Translations under genes and position numbers: made by a program
Notes under the pieces: generated by a model
The model's database searches: none
The model's input: the letters and a program-made list of their open reading frames with translations, nothing else
What the model was told of the DNA's origin: nothing
Origin: Eledone cirrhosa
Taxonomy: Eukaryota
NCBI GenBank assembly: GCA_964016885.1
Contig: OZ024765.1
Location: 22,630,001 to 22,694,000, forward strand
Direction: 5' to 3'
Length of the DNA: 64,000 nucleotides
Shown: piece by piece, positions 25,283 through 38,478 of the stretch
How the letters are laid out: the number at the start of each line of letters is the position of its first letter
Position numbering within the stretch: the first letter of the stretch is position 1

Positions 25283-26172
25283 ACCCTGGTTATGGCCTCC
25301 CACAACGTCCTCCCCCCCTCCCATGTAGGTCCCCTACACCCCGTACCAATGACCAATGGGCAACAACACCCACCCATAGTTTGTAGTCCCTACGGTGGAT
25401 TGTCCACCGGATCCTCTACTGGTTAGGAGTCAGCAAAACCACGTTTATTGAACCTGAGGACCCCCCACCCCCCACCCCCGGGAGTGGCCCACACAGGAAG
25501 TACAATTATTCTAAGGTACTAACCCTATACACATGAATGTGTGCCCGCAACCGTGCGTTGTGTGTGTATACTGGGATTACGTGAATTGAGGTTTATAGTA
25601 TGAGATTCGATACTACAAGTCATTCTTAAATTGGGGGAATTTATGTGGGGTGGTACTACTGAAAATTATGGTTAGAGTAGAATACTAGAAAATTTACAAA
25701 TAGAAAGACTTATGTAGGTTGACTTGCACATACACTTACACCCACCCCCACAGACATATACACACATCCACACATACAAATATACTCTTAAGCATACACT
25801 CGAACATTTATCAATCCAACCTGGGGTATTAGTATTTCGTTGCGTTCACATAAATTCCTCAATTTAAGAATGACCTGTAGTATCGAATCTCATACTATAA
25901 ACCTCAATTGAATATATATCTGACCAGGAATGCTTTTTGTGAAAATCAGTCATATGGAACTATTGTCATCTTGCCTGACGGTTTGAACTTTACAACACCA
26001 CCTGCCCCTTTGAGGTCAAATACCAACCCTACTAGCATCTACAAACTGACCAATGAGAATTAAGATTATTCCTGCTGACAACAGTAAATTATTCCTAACA
26101 AGCTCCTATGTCCCAAGGCTCTGATACCATCAACACCATAAACACAGAGCTGGCATATCTAAGAACTGACTA

Positions 26173-26228
26173 ACTGCCTGATGAGGTCATAGCCATTCAA
26201 TGGCTATCATCGAAATATATATAGCAGT
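26173..26228 (+). ncRNA. Minimal type-I hammerhead ribozyme
   Basis: ACTGC-CTGATGA-GGTCATAGCCAT/TCA/ATGGCTATCATC-GAAATATATATA-GCAGT; perfect 5-bp stem I and a palindromic stem III. Confidence 0.78.
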
Positions 26229-26569
26229 AAATAAAGGATTATGAGTTCATGCATGCAATTGACTTATGTTTCGTCACTATATATATATATATATGGTACC
26301 ACAACATCCAGCCCGAAACAAATGAGGTCATGTAGGTGTCACGACAAAAAAAAACACACAGTCCACGCTGTAATGTGGCCGTGTAGGTAACACAGTAAAA
26401 ACCTCCCAGTCCACACTGTAAACGTGGTTGGTGTTAGGAAGGGCATCCAGCCGTAGAAAACCAGCCAGACAGTCCTATACGAACAGGACAACCAATCTTG
26501 CCTCAGGTGGGAAAACTCCCGTCCAAACCCATGCTAGCGTGGAAGATGGACGTTAAACGATGATGATGA

Positions 26570-26644
<75 letters not shown>

Positions 26645-26649
<5 letters not shown>

Positions 26650-26866
26650 TGGATCGATCGACTTTCGTCAAATCGGACCGAGGAAACAATGTTTTCGTCG
26701 GTCTTTCCAGTTGCTAATACTATCTATCGGTCGCAACTCCAGGTAGAAGGAGCAACGTGAAATAAAGTGTCTTGCTCAAGGACATAACGCATCGCCCGGT
26801 CCAGGAATCGAACTCACTATCTCAAGATTGTGAATCCAATTCTCTAACCACTCAGCCACACGCCTA
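26645..26866 (-). mobile_element. tRNA-derived CORE-like SINE variant
   Basis: TGGCTGAGTGGTTAGAG A-box, GAGTTCGATTCC B-box, TCCTTGAGCAAGACACTT; related copy at about 54440-54715(-). Confidence 0.75.
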
Positions 26867-27170
26867 TATATAAAGTATATATTGAGTTAAAAACTCACAT
26901 TAGTTCCTTGTAGTCAAAGTAGCTCAAGGAAAACATTTTCCGAGCTTTATAATTCAATAAAGAACACAGATATATACATATATGCGTTCAAATCAATTAT
27001 GATAGTTATCATAATCGGTTTGTAAATCTTAATTTATTCTTTTGAGTCTTGTGAACCGGATTATCTTTAGTCAGCATTTGTTTAGTCAGGTTTTGTCCCT
27101 TGGGATTTGAATGTATATATGTATATATCTGTGTTTGTCTCTCTTTATTGATATGTATCTTCTTGTGACA

Positions 27171-27485
27171 CTAAACTCCGCCAGTTGCAGACTGCGTATT
27201 GACATGTGATATCTCTCTCCTCAAAGTTCGATCACCAACAGCAGGGTTTAAAGAGCAAAGATCAAGTCCAGTCCATAGGTTGACATTATCAAGCCATCGT
27301 TTTGGCTGCCGGCCTCTGCTTCTCTTACCAGCCAACCTTCCTTCCAGGCATAACCTACTCACACCACGAGTTAATCTTTTTATATGGCCGCATAGATTGA
27401 GTACTCTTGACTTAACAATTGATGTAATTGGTCTAAGTTTGGTAATGTTGAGCAGCTCACTGATACAGATACGGTTGCTGAGCCG
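27171..27485 (-). mobile_element. RTE-like LINE 3' fragment
   Basis: LEGRLAGKRSRGRQPKRWLDNV. Confidence 0.8.
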
Positions 27486-27494
27486 TGAAATATA

Positions 27495-27556
<62 letters not shown>

Positions 27557-27863
27557 CGGGTTGTCCCGTTATTAGACAAACCAGATCAGATGACAGTGAC
27601 CTATTCATACAGAAATGTTTTTGGCTTCGTTTCTATGGTTGGATGCCTTTCCTAATTCCAGCCACATTTACAGTGTGGACTGAGTGCCTTTTGTCATGAC
27701 CTACATGGGGTAGGCTGCCCCTAAATCAAATATCTCCAACTTTATTTTTTATTTTTTATTTTTTATTTTTTATTTTTTTTTTTTTTATTTTATTTTTTTT
27801 TTTTTTTTTTTTTTTTTTTGTCTCCGTGTACTCAGCTTGATTCCTTTATGATTGTTATATAAT

Positions 27864-27918
27864 ACACCTGATGATGTCACTGGAATTTTGCTGGCCGCCA
27901 TTGAAATATATATAGTGT
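27864..27918 (+). ncRNA. Hammerhead motif with degenerate stem II
   Basis: ACAC-CTGATGA...GAAATATATATA-GTGT. Confidence 0.55.
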
Positions 27919-28066
27919 CTGCAGAAATAAATACTTTAAAGGAATCTCAACTGTCCGGCCTCTTATCACTTTATTCAATAATATATATATTATATATAAT
28001 ATAATAAGGGTCCAGAAATAGCTGTCAAAAGGGCTTGAGCTCTGCCGTCGGGGTCCTGAACCTTTT

Positions 28067-28132
<66 letters not shown>

Positions 28133-28443
28133 CATACATATATATATTTATATATATATATATGTATATATATATATACATATATATATATACATATATA
28201 TATTTATATATATATATGTATATATATATATACATATATATATATACATATATATATTTATATATATATATTTGTTCTGGTTTCAAATCCCGCCAAAGTT
28301 AGCTTTGCCTTTCATCCTTATGGGGGTCGATAAAATGAAGTACCAGTAATGTACTGGGTCGATTCATCAACTCCCCCCCCCCTCCCCTCCCCCCAAATTG
28401 CTGGCCTTGTGCCTATATTAGAAACCATTAATTTTTTTTTCAT

Positions 28444-28929
28444 TTATCTTGCTTTATGTTCATACAAGTTATCACCAAGTCACAACCAGTGACCTTAAGA
28501 GACAACAAGGTCCGCCCTGTTCAAGAAAGAACACATACACACACACACACATACACACACATACACACACACATACACACACACACATACACACACGCAC
28601 ACATACACACACACATACACACACACACATACAAGTTATCACCAAGTCGCAACCAGTGACCTTAAGAGACAACAAGGTCCGCCATGTTCAAGAAAGAACA
28701 CATACACACACACACACATACACACACATACACACACACATACACACACACACATACACACACGCACACATACACACACACATACACACACACACATACA
28801 AGTTATCACCAAGTCGCAACCAGTGACCTTAAGAGACAACAAGGTCCGCCATGTTCAAGAAAGAACACACACATACACATACACACACATATACACACAC
28901 ATACACACACACACACATACATACACACA

Positions 28930-28961
<32 letters not shown>

Positions 28962-29091
28962 TACATACACACACACACACACACATACACACATACACAC
29001 ACACACACACACATACACACACACACACACATACACACACATACACACATACACACACCCACATACACACACACACACACATACACGCACA

Positions 29092-29157
<66 letters not shown>

Positions 29158-29889
29158 TGCATGTATATTTAGCTGTTTAGACTTGTGATGTATTTATATT
29201 GACAGAATCTTCCTTAGTATATGGGCAATTACCATTAGTACTATCTGTTATATTTCTTTATTATTATTATTATTATTATTATTATTCCTTGAATCTCAGT
29301 CATTGATGTTAGTTAACTGGAAAGTCCGTTGGAATGAATATCAAGCCACTACCTGCAGCCTCAGATATTCAGGACGTATCGGAGGGTTCTTGCTGTTCCC
29401 AGCAAGCATGCCTTTTGAAGCGTTCCAAAAAGCGTGGAGGGGCCGATTTTCTTTAACCATCCCTGGAAACTTTTGGAGATAGTACCTAGTGCGCCTATGA
29501 CAATCGGGATCACTTTGACTTCATAGCAGTTCCAAATCCTTTTTACCTCCCACTTTAAGTCCTGGTATCGGTTAATTTTCTCCCTCTCCTTCTCTTGCAC
29601 TCTCGTGTCGAATGGGCAGGCCACATCCACAACCAGACACGATCTTTTTTCTTTGTCCACAACCACCAGGTCAGGTCTATTGTGTTCCAGTTTCTTGTAT
29701 TATTATTATTACTATTATTATTACAGTTGAATTTATCTTGCTTTATGTTCATACGAGTTATCACCAAGTCACAACCAGTGACCTCAAGAGACAACAAGGT
29801 CCGCCATGTTCAAGAAAGAACATACATATTCACACATGCATCTTTAGTGTTTAGACTTGTGATGTACTTATATTGACAGAATCTTCCTT

Positions 29890-29895
<6 letters not shown>
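28444..29895 (-). mobile_element. Three stacked 3' ends of restriction-like-endonuclease (R4/Dong/NeSL-type) LINEs separated by (TAA)n
   Basis: 29361-29690: VVDVACPFD..EKINRYQDL..IPIVIGALG..LQKACLLGTARTLRYVL; 28444-29255 and 29732-29895 end in ILRKILSI* with a shared 3' UTR, internally triplicated with (CA)n in the first copy. Confidence 0.75.
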
Positions 29896-29924
<29 letters not shown>

Positions 29925-29963
29925 TATTATAGCAGTTGTTGTTAATGTCTTTTTCTATTTCAG

Positions 29964-30011
29964 AAAACTTGCTCTATCCTCCATCTGGACATAGTAATTC
30001 AGTAGAAGAAA
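29964..30011 (+). CDS. Host gene cytoplasmic microexon (ENLLYPPSGHSNSVEE)
   Basis: tttttctatttcAG acceptor, A|GTTAGT donor; 48 nt, phase 1-1. Confidence 0.68.
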
Positions 30012-31177
30012 GTTAGTGGTAATTCTCACAGTTGTTAGTAGTATCAGCAGCAGTAGTAGTAGTAGTAACAATAGTAGTAGTATTTGTAGTAGTAATAGTA
30101 GTAATGGTGGTGGTAATTGTTGTTGTTGTTTGTTGTTATTATTGCTGTTGTTATTATTGTTGTTGTTATCATCTATATGCTACTAAAACTCTGTGATTGT
30201 CTGTAATTTAAAACAGCGAAAAGAGCACAAAATGTGTGCCCGGTATATCAAAAAATCAGCATACCAACAACAAATGCATAAATTACATCATGGATTGCAT
30301 AAAGGAACCGTTAAAATAATCATTATGAATAAACGATTTATGTAACATCAGCATCTTAATGTTATTCTTATACTGGATCTCCATCGCAACTACAAGCTAC
30401 GAATGTAGAGAGCTTTCTCCTGCTTACTCCTGTTTTTTTACCAAAACAACTTCGACTGAAAACAGTATCTATATATATATATACTTTGGGAGGGTCATAG
30501 CAGCATGACCCTCCCAAAGTATAACAATATCTGTTTCAACAGACATTTTCAGATAAGAAATCTTGCAAAACAAATTCAAAAACGACGTATATATATTTAC
30601 ATATATATATATATATATATATTAATTTCAACAATGTCAGTATTCCGTGTCATAATTCTCGATTATCATTGGTTCATAGGTTTCAAACGATTCCGCCCAC
30701 CTCAACGACGCCAAACTGAAATTAATATGCATAATGCCAATGAGGGAGTGAGAGGGGAGAGTAAGAACGCTGTGTTGGATACACTATGTATATGTGTCAG
30801 TGTAGAGACATGTGTGTGTGTGATGTGTGTGGAAATAAATGGGGAAGGAAAGCAATAACTATTAACATATGTGCGTGTGTATGTACGTGCGCGTATGTTT
30901 ATGTGTGTGTGCGTGCGTGCAGCGTTCCACAGAAAGTAAAAACTATCAACATGTATGAGTATGTGCGTGTGTAAGTTTGCGTGCGTGTGCGCGTTTCCAT
31001 GCGTGTACGTGTGTGTACGTGCGACGTTCCACAATCGCAACGCAGTTTATCTGTCTGTGTGCCTGTCTGTTAGTCTAACATACACAGAGTTGAGAAGGGA
31101 GTAAATAGGGACCTTTTTTTACATTGACGGACATCTTTTATATTTATTATTGTGTAATTTTTTGACAATTGCTCGAA

Positions 31178-34100
31178 ATGAATACTGATAATAAGAGCAA
31201 TTCGACTTTATCAAACTGAACTACAGCGGTGACGGCGTGCAGCCAGGAATGAAGAAAAATGGGCCGAACAGCGCCATCAGAACGCCAAACTTCAGAGGCG
31301 AAGACGTGCCGCCATGAATGAAAAGGAGCTGGCTGAACAACGCCAACGAAACACTGAAGACGAACTGGCTGAGCATCATCATCAGATGGCCGGAATTCAG
31401 CTGCAACGGCGTGCTGCGATGGATGAAGAGGAGCTGGCTGAACAGCACCAGTGCAATACAGAAGTTCAGGGAATGTGTAGCCAAAGTGCTCCTCATTCCA
31501 GTAAAGAGGCTAGAAGGCGAACAGATGATATTAAAAATGGATCATGGCAACCGTGTCATTTTCAGATTGGTGGGCGATCAGAGTGTCCACATTGTGGAGC
31601 ATTGCTTTGGAGGCACGAAAGGACGTGGACCACAATGTGCTGTCATAAAGGAGCAGTTCAACTAGAACCCTTGCGAATGCCGGATGATGGGGAGTCACCG
31701 GAGTTTAAAATACTAAGTATGTGGGGTGATCAAGGAGACCGAGGTAGATTACTGCGCAAATATTCGCAGCAAATTAACAATCCATTAGCTTTAGCATCGC
31801 AGAGAGTTAGTGAGATGTTTGAGAGTGGAGCATGGCAACCGAATGTAGTCATTCAAGGCCGTTTGTATCATTGTATCGGTAATTTAGAAGTTACCCCAGG
31901 AGAGAGGCCTCGATTCGCTCAAATTTATTTTAACGATCCAGATTATAGTGAATCGGAGGAGGATATCAGGATCGGTTGGATGAAGTTGCCAGGAAATATA
32001 ACTGAATTTGAACGGCAAAGGTTAAATGATTTGATCCGTGATTTGCAATCATGGTTTAGACAGTGTAATCCTTATGTTATGGATTTCATGTTGGTGGCTG
32101 AACTGCAAAATGTTCAGCAGAAAACATTGGTGATTAAGGCTGACGCAGTGCCAAGGAATCAACACAAACGGCAATATAATGCCCCTGGAGTATTTCGTGA
32201 AGTTGCTGTGTTGATGGACGATAAGCCTGAATCGATAGATATTGTCCTCAATTGCAGGGATGGTGGTCTCAAGAGTATCAATGAGTCAAATAGGACATAC
32301 CATCCATTGTATTATGTTCTTTTATTCCCAAAAGGTGAAAATGGATGGAACATGTCTGTTCATTTAGATGATCATGAGAATCAGCATCAACAGGGAGGTG
32401 GCAATAGACACAATAATTCGATTCGCGACTTTTACGCGTTCCATTTGAACGAGAGGAATCAACAGAGAAATGCGCTATTTCAAGCCAGCAGATTGTTCCA
32501 GGAATACTGTTGTATGGCATACGCAAAGATCGAAAATCAAAGGCTAAATTATATAGCTACACATCAGCAACATATCAGAGCTGAATTGTATAATAATATA
32601 CAGGATGCGATAACAGCCGATGATGCCAATTACAAGCAAATTGGTCGACGCATCATTTTGCCATCGTCGTTCATCGGCGGCCCGAGATATATGAACATTC
32701 GCTATCAAGATGCAATGGCTATTGTCAGAAAGTTTGGAAAGCCATATTTGTTTATAACGGTTACATGCAATCCTGAATGGACTGATATTAAGGATGCACT
32801 TTTGCCAGGACAACAGCCAAAGGACCGTCCTGATATTGTGGCAAGAGTATTCAAAGGATATCTAAAAAAGATAATGGAAGATGTGGAAAAAGAGGGAATC
32901 TTTGGAGGTATAGTTGCTTTTACATACGTAATTGAATTCCGAAAAAGAGGATTGCCACATGCACATTTGCTGATAACTTTACATAGAGATTGTAAATTGA
33001 GATGTGCTGAGGATGTCGACAGCATTGTGTGTGCTGAACTGCCGGAGAGTGAGGCACTACGCAACTTGGTGGCAAAGTCAATGCGAAGTGGCAAATCGGA
33101 AAGCGCCTTGCATGAAAAATGGCCAATGCAGTAAGCACTTTCCGAAATCTTTTGTCACGAGCACTTCCTGGAACGATGGGGATGCTCATCCCTCATACAG
33201 AAGACGGTCGCCTGCAGATGGCGGTTTGGTCGAAAATGTAAACGGTCGACAGGTTACAAATCAATGGGTTGTGCCATACAATCCATATTTGATTATGAAA
33301 TATCGTTGTCATATTAATGTGGAAATTTGTAGCTCAGTGAAAGCTTGCAAATATCTATTCAAATATGTTTACAAAGGTCATGATCGGGCAATGATCAATG
33401 TCAGGAATGAGGAAGCGAACCAAGGAGATGAAGTTGGCAGGTTCCAGGATGTTCGCTCGATTGGATCTAGCGAAGCTTGCTGGAGATTGTTTGATTTTGA
33501 TCTCAATGAACGCAAACCCAGCGTTCAGAAACTGACGGTTCACTTAGAGAATAGGCAAATGGTCTGTTTTCAGGACACTAGAAGAGGTATCGAAAGAATT
33601 GCTAACGCACCACCTCCTAAGACGGAATTGACTGAGTGGTTCAAGCATAATAGGGAACATGCTTTGAACCCGGATCAAAAGCAACTCTACTGCGATTTCC
33701 CTTCGCACTATACGTGGGATAAGAAGGGAAAGAAATGGAATGATAGAAAACAAAAGTTGAGATTCATGACTATTGGACGAGTTTGTAATGTCCATCCAGC
33801 ATCTGGTGATGTGTTTTATCTCCGAATTCTGTTGCATAATGATATTTCGAGAGGTAAACAGAGCTTCGCTGATTTGAAAACAATCAATGGCGTGGAATAT
33901 GAAACATACCAGGCTGTGTGTCAGCATCTGGGACTCCTTCAGGATGACGCTGAATGGAATAACGCCATGGAAGTGCAGGAACAACACAGACGCCAACTCA
34001 AATAAGGCAGTTGTTTGTCATGATTCTAGGATTCTGCAATCCTGCCGATCCAAGAGAGTTATTTGAACACCATTGGGGAATTATGGCTGATGATTTTAGG

Positions 34101-35706
34101 CATCATTTTCAGGTCGATGATGAAAATTTGATGAAACTATTGTTTTGCTCAATATTGAGCAACTGCTTGAAGTTCATTTCAAATGTTTAAGAGATTTCAA
34201 TTTGCGAATTCCTGATGAAGAAATGCGGCAACGTGTCTTAGCATTGAACATGAGATTGCAGCTTAGACGGTTGCCACTCGATCGGAGGGAACTATTCCAG
34301 TTTGATCCACTGGAACAGCAACGTATTGTGGATGAACGTATGCCAATGTTGACCCAATCTCAGAGAGAATTGGTCGATGGCGTTCTCCACTCAATTTCCA
34401 CTAATGAGCAACTTTGTGCTTTCATAGATGCTCCAGGAGGCACCGGAAAGACATTCTGTTTCAACACTATGTTATCGGCAGTCAGAGCTCAGAGGAAGAT
34501 TGCTCTCCCTGTGGCCACCAGTGGGATCGCTGCCACTTTGCTGAGTGGTGGAAGGACCTTCCACTCATGCTTCAAGGCTCCATTGGCTCCGGATGAGTTG
34601 AGTGTCTGTAACATTACAGGACAAAGTGAACTCGCGGGCCTTATACGCAATACGTCTCTGATTATTTGGGACGAGGCTCCAATGGCACACAGATATTTGC
34701 TGGAGGCATTGGACAGAACTTTGAGAGATATCTGCGGTAGTGACCTGCCATTCAGTGGTAAGACTATCGTTGTTGGTGGCGATTTCAGACAGGTGCTACC
34801 AATTGTTAGGAATGCTCAAAGAGCGCAAATTGTCGATGCATGTCTGAAAAAGTCCCCGTTGTGGCGCCATTTCAGAGTATTGCGATTACACGATAATATG
34901 CGACTTCGTATGTTCGGGCAAAACGAAGAGGCTGAGACATACGGCCGATGGTTGATGCAGTTGGGAAACGATGAATTGCCACACGTTGGTGATAATCAGA
35001 CTAAGAATCCCAGACCATTTGGTCATGCCACTGGACCGCCAAGCATTGATTGACTGGGTGTTCCTTAATTTGAATGTTTTTTGGCAGAATATCTCCTGGA
35101 TATCAGAACGCGTTATTCTAACTCATTCGAATGCAACGGTCGATGAAATATATTCGTAAGTAACTGGAATGTTTCCTGGAGAGGAATGGTTGACCGTCAG
35201 TGCGGATGCAATGGAGCCTAATCAGCAGAACATATTGTTCCCACTGAATATCTGAATTCACTTCAAATACCCGAATTTCCCCCACATATTTTGAGGTTGA
35301 AAAGAGTTTGCCGATTATATTGCTTAGAAATATCAATCATAAAATGGGTCTTTGCAATGGTACCAGATTGATTGTTGAGAGATTGATTAACGGAAGAGTT
35401 TTAGAAGCTAAACTCCCAGGCAGAGAGGAATCGGTTCTCATTCCGAGGATCATGCTGAGACCAAGTGAAGATCTGCTGCCATTTATTTGGCAAAGGAGAC
35501 AGTTTCCCGTCAATTTGGCCTTCTCCATGACTGTCAACAAGGCACAGGGACAGACTTTCAAGTGAGTTGGTGTCTACTTGAATGATCCAGCATTCAGCCA
35601 TGGGCAACAGTATGTTGCTGCATCTCGAGTGTGCGATCCTGATGGTATAAAATTTGCAATTGATACCACTAACAGAGGAACAAACCTAAATATTGTCTAT
35701 AATTAA
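31178..35706 (+). mobile_element. Helitron RepHel transposase, pseudogenised by several frameshifts and stops
   Basis: Rep motifs PYLFITVTCNPEW, VIEFRKRGLPHAH (HUH), KYLFKYVYKG; PIF1 motifs DAPGGTGKT, ATSGIAA, IIWDEAPM, GDFRQVLP, LCNGTRL, RRQFPVNLAFSMTVNKAQGQT, FSHGQ.YVA.SRV. Confidence 0.95.
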
Positions 35707-36568
35707 GCTTTGAGCTGATGTATGCATATCTTTAATGCTATCAATAAGCGACGTAAATGATTCGGACATTGGTGTTCTTTGATCAGTATTGTGAGCTTTG
35801 ATAGAGTTATCATTTATGTTCAATGTCATTTAATGTCGTTATGAGCAATAAAAACAAACAAGTATTGGTAAAAATTGCTTTCACTGCTATGTTGCGCATT
35901 AAATACCAACAAGTATTGGTAGAAATTGCCTTCACTGCTGTGAATATTCGACGTAAATGATTCAGACATTAGTGATCTTTGACAGAGTTATCATTTCTGT
36001 TCAATGTCATTTATCGTCGATAATGAACAATAAAACCAACAAGTATTGGTAGAAATTGCCTTCAAATGTATCGCTTCTGATAGCGGTGGTAATAAAACCT
36101 CATCATATGCTGAGTCTGGTAAAAAGATTGGATCCTATGGCCGGCCAGGGCTAGAGTAATATTGAAAAACCATTCTATTTTCGAAGTAGAAGGATCCGCC
36201 ATTTTGGAGTTCAAACCAGGGGACACCTCCCCGAGTTGAACTCTGGGCAACATTGACTGTCTATTACTCATTGGCTAAGATCCTGGAAATTACTGATATA
36301 ATAAATGTTTGTGTCATATAATTTGTTGTTTTATTATTATAGCTGAGAAGTTAACTTTGCCTTTCATCCTTCCGGGGTCGATAAAATAAAGTACCAGTAA
36401 TGCACTGGGTAATTGCTGGCCTTGTGCCTAACGTAGAAACAATTATTATAGCTGACCACTTATAGATAAGCATGTTATCCATATCCATATTAATTTGGCA
36501 TTTGTATAAACCATTTCAAGTAAATAGGGACCTTTTTTTACATTGACAGACATCTTTTATATTAATTA

Positions 36569-37257
36569 TCTATATCTATATCTACATATAATATAAAAGA
36601 TTGGAACTTCCATCATCCTTTTGAGAAACGTGGAACAACCACGTCTATGCAATGATACACATTTTACAGTCAGGCAGAAGATGAACTATCTCCTAGAGGT
36701 CACTATTCTAGGTGGGAGCACCTAGAACCATTCACATACTATGCACAAACGGTACAACGAAGAATCTGGTATATCTGGAGGATTTTTCTTACTGTTTTTT
36801 GTATCACACAGACACACGGACTCGCCTCATACTGTCACCAAACATCCAATACAGTCATTTTCTCTTTTACCTGTCTTCTCTTATCATCTGTTTACCCAGG
36901 CGGTAGATTGGCAGTATCGGTAGAGGGTCGGACGCCATGCTAGGGTGGTAGATTGGCAGTATCGGTAGAGGGTCGGACGCCATGCTAGGGTGGTGGATTG
37001 GCAGTATCGGTAGAGGGTCGGACGCCATGCTAGGGTGGTGGATTGGCAGTATCGGTAGAGGGTCGGACGCCATGCTTTCCAGCATAGTTACGTCCCTTTA
37101 CGATCTGAGTTCAAATCCCGCCGAGGTTAACTTTGCCTTTCATCCTTACGAGGTTGATAAAATAAAGTACCAGTAATGTACTGGGTGATTGCTGGCCTTG
37201 TGCCAAAAAGTAGAAACAATTATCTGTTTACCCAGGTGAAGCTGGGTACGTCAGCTA

Positions 37258-37258
<1 letters not shown>
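36569..37258 (+). mobile_element. Non-autonomous Helitron of a second family
   Basis: 5' A|TCTATATCTATATCTACATATAATATAAAAG; helicase relics IILLRNVEQPRLCND and GTTKNLVY; 3' hairpin TACCCAG/CTGGGTA then CTAG|T. Confidence 0.8.
36901..37221 (+). mobile_element. SINE B insertion with quadruplicated 45-bp head and 15-bp TSD
   Basis: ATCTGTTTACCCAGG at 36886-36900 and 37222-37236. Confidence 0.88.
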
Positions 37259-37304
<46 letters not shown>

Positions 37305-37506
37305 CATAGCGAATGGTCTTCAAACAAAATGTGTTTAAATAAACATACAGTATATTATCAAATATACTATACATACATTCATGTATACATCACTATTTCA
37401 GAGCACCAATACTAATATATAATTTTTGCTGGACCGGCAACGGTTCTGTTTAATCAGCTCTTAAACATCACTGGAGTTCTATAAGAATCCAGCTTCTATA
37501 AATGTC

Positions 37507-37588
37507 GGCAGAAGTGAAGGGATATGTAACCTTGACAACCGCTAATGAGCAAGAAACGGCCGTCGGTTGCTTCCCTTTGCTTTTGCCG
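37507..37588 (+). ncRNA. Variant-core hammerhead-like motif with long stem I
   Basis: GGCAGAAGTGAAGGGA..GTAACC-TTGACAA-..-GAAACGGCCGTC-GGTTGCTTCCCTTTGCTTTTGCC; homologs at 3890-3965 and 21025-21122; shares downstream sequence with the canonical motif at 22011. Confidence 0.5.
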
Positions 37589-37692
37589 ATACCAAGTAAG
37601 TGACTTAGTCACTACTTTAAAACTCATAGCGAATGGTCTTCAAAATGTTTTAAAATAAATATACAGTATATTATCAAATATACTATACATAC

Positions 37693-37736
<44 letters not shown>

Positions 37737-37765
37737 TTATGTAATAAACAACATAATATAATTAT

Positions 37766-37834
37766 TTCATTTACCAAAGGTTTCACGAAGACAGACGAGC
37801 TTGGCACAGATCTGCCTTCAATCATCAGAATGAA
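37766..37834 (-). ncRNA. Type-I hammerhead ribozyme
   Basis: Minus strand TTCATT-CTGATGA-TTGAAGGCAGA/.../TCTGTCTTCGT-GAAACC-TTT-GGTA-AATGAA; 6-bp stem I, 10-bp stem II, GUA site. Confidence 0.8.
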
Positions 37835-38433
37835 TTTTATTTAAAATAGAAGTGAGATATGGATTTCAAAACAGAGTCTAGTGAGTTCAATTCTCAGACC
37901 TGGTGATGTGTTGTTTCCTTGAGCAAGACACTTTATTTCACATTGCTCCAGTTTACTCAGCTGTAGAAATGAGATGATAGGGACTGGGGTCCCTATCATT
38001 CCACTGTAAAGTGGACGTGGAGGTGCCACGGCAAAAAAGCACCCAGCACTCACTGTAAATGAGGTTGGTGTTAGGAAGGGCATCCAGCTGTAGAAATCAA
38101 GCCAAAATCAGTTCCCGTCCCACCCTTGCAAGCAGGGAAAAGTGGACGTAAAATGAAATGATGATGATGATGATGATGATGATGAGTCTAGGACAATTGA
38201 AATCCATATCTCACTTCCATTTTAAATAAAATGTGCCAAGCTCCTCTGTTTTCGTGAAACCTTTGGTACGGGAAATGAAATAATTGTCTTTTGTTGTTTA
38301 TTACATAACTAAAAAGCTCTGTAGCCTCCATAGAGCACTCTCTTTTCCTTTACCTTTCCTACGGAAATACTTCAACTATATATATATAGTCAAGTAGACA
38401 TAATGACCAATCTCTCTCCATTGTTTTCCCCAG

Positions 38434-38478
38434 GTTTGCCTTCGCCAATATCTGATACATACGATGAAACTTCTGAAA
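38434..38478 (+). CDS. Host gene cytoplasmic microexon (SLPSPISDTYDETSE)
   Basis: ttttccccAG acceptor, A|GTAAGT donor; 45 nt, phase 1-1. Confidence 0.82.

Noticed and set aside
34145-35565. Host PIF1 helicase gene
   Set aside because: Contiguous with HUH Rep motifs, intronless and frameshifted, so it is a Helitron.
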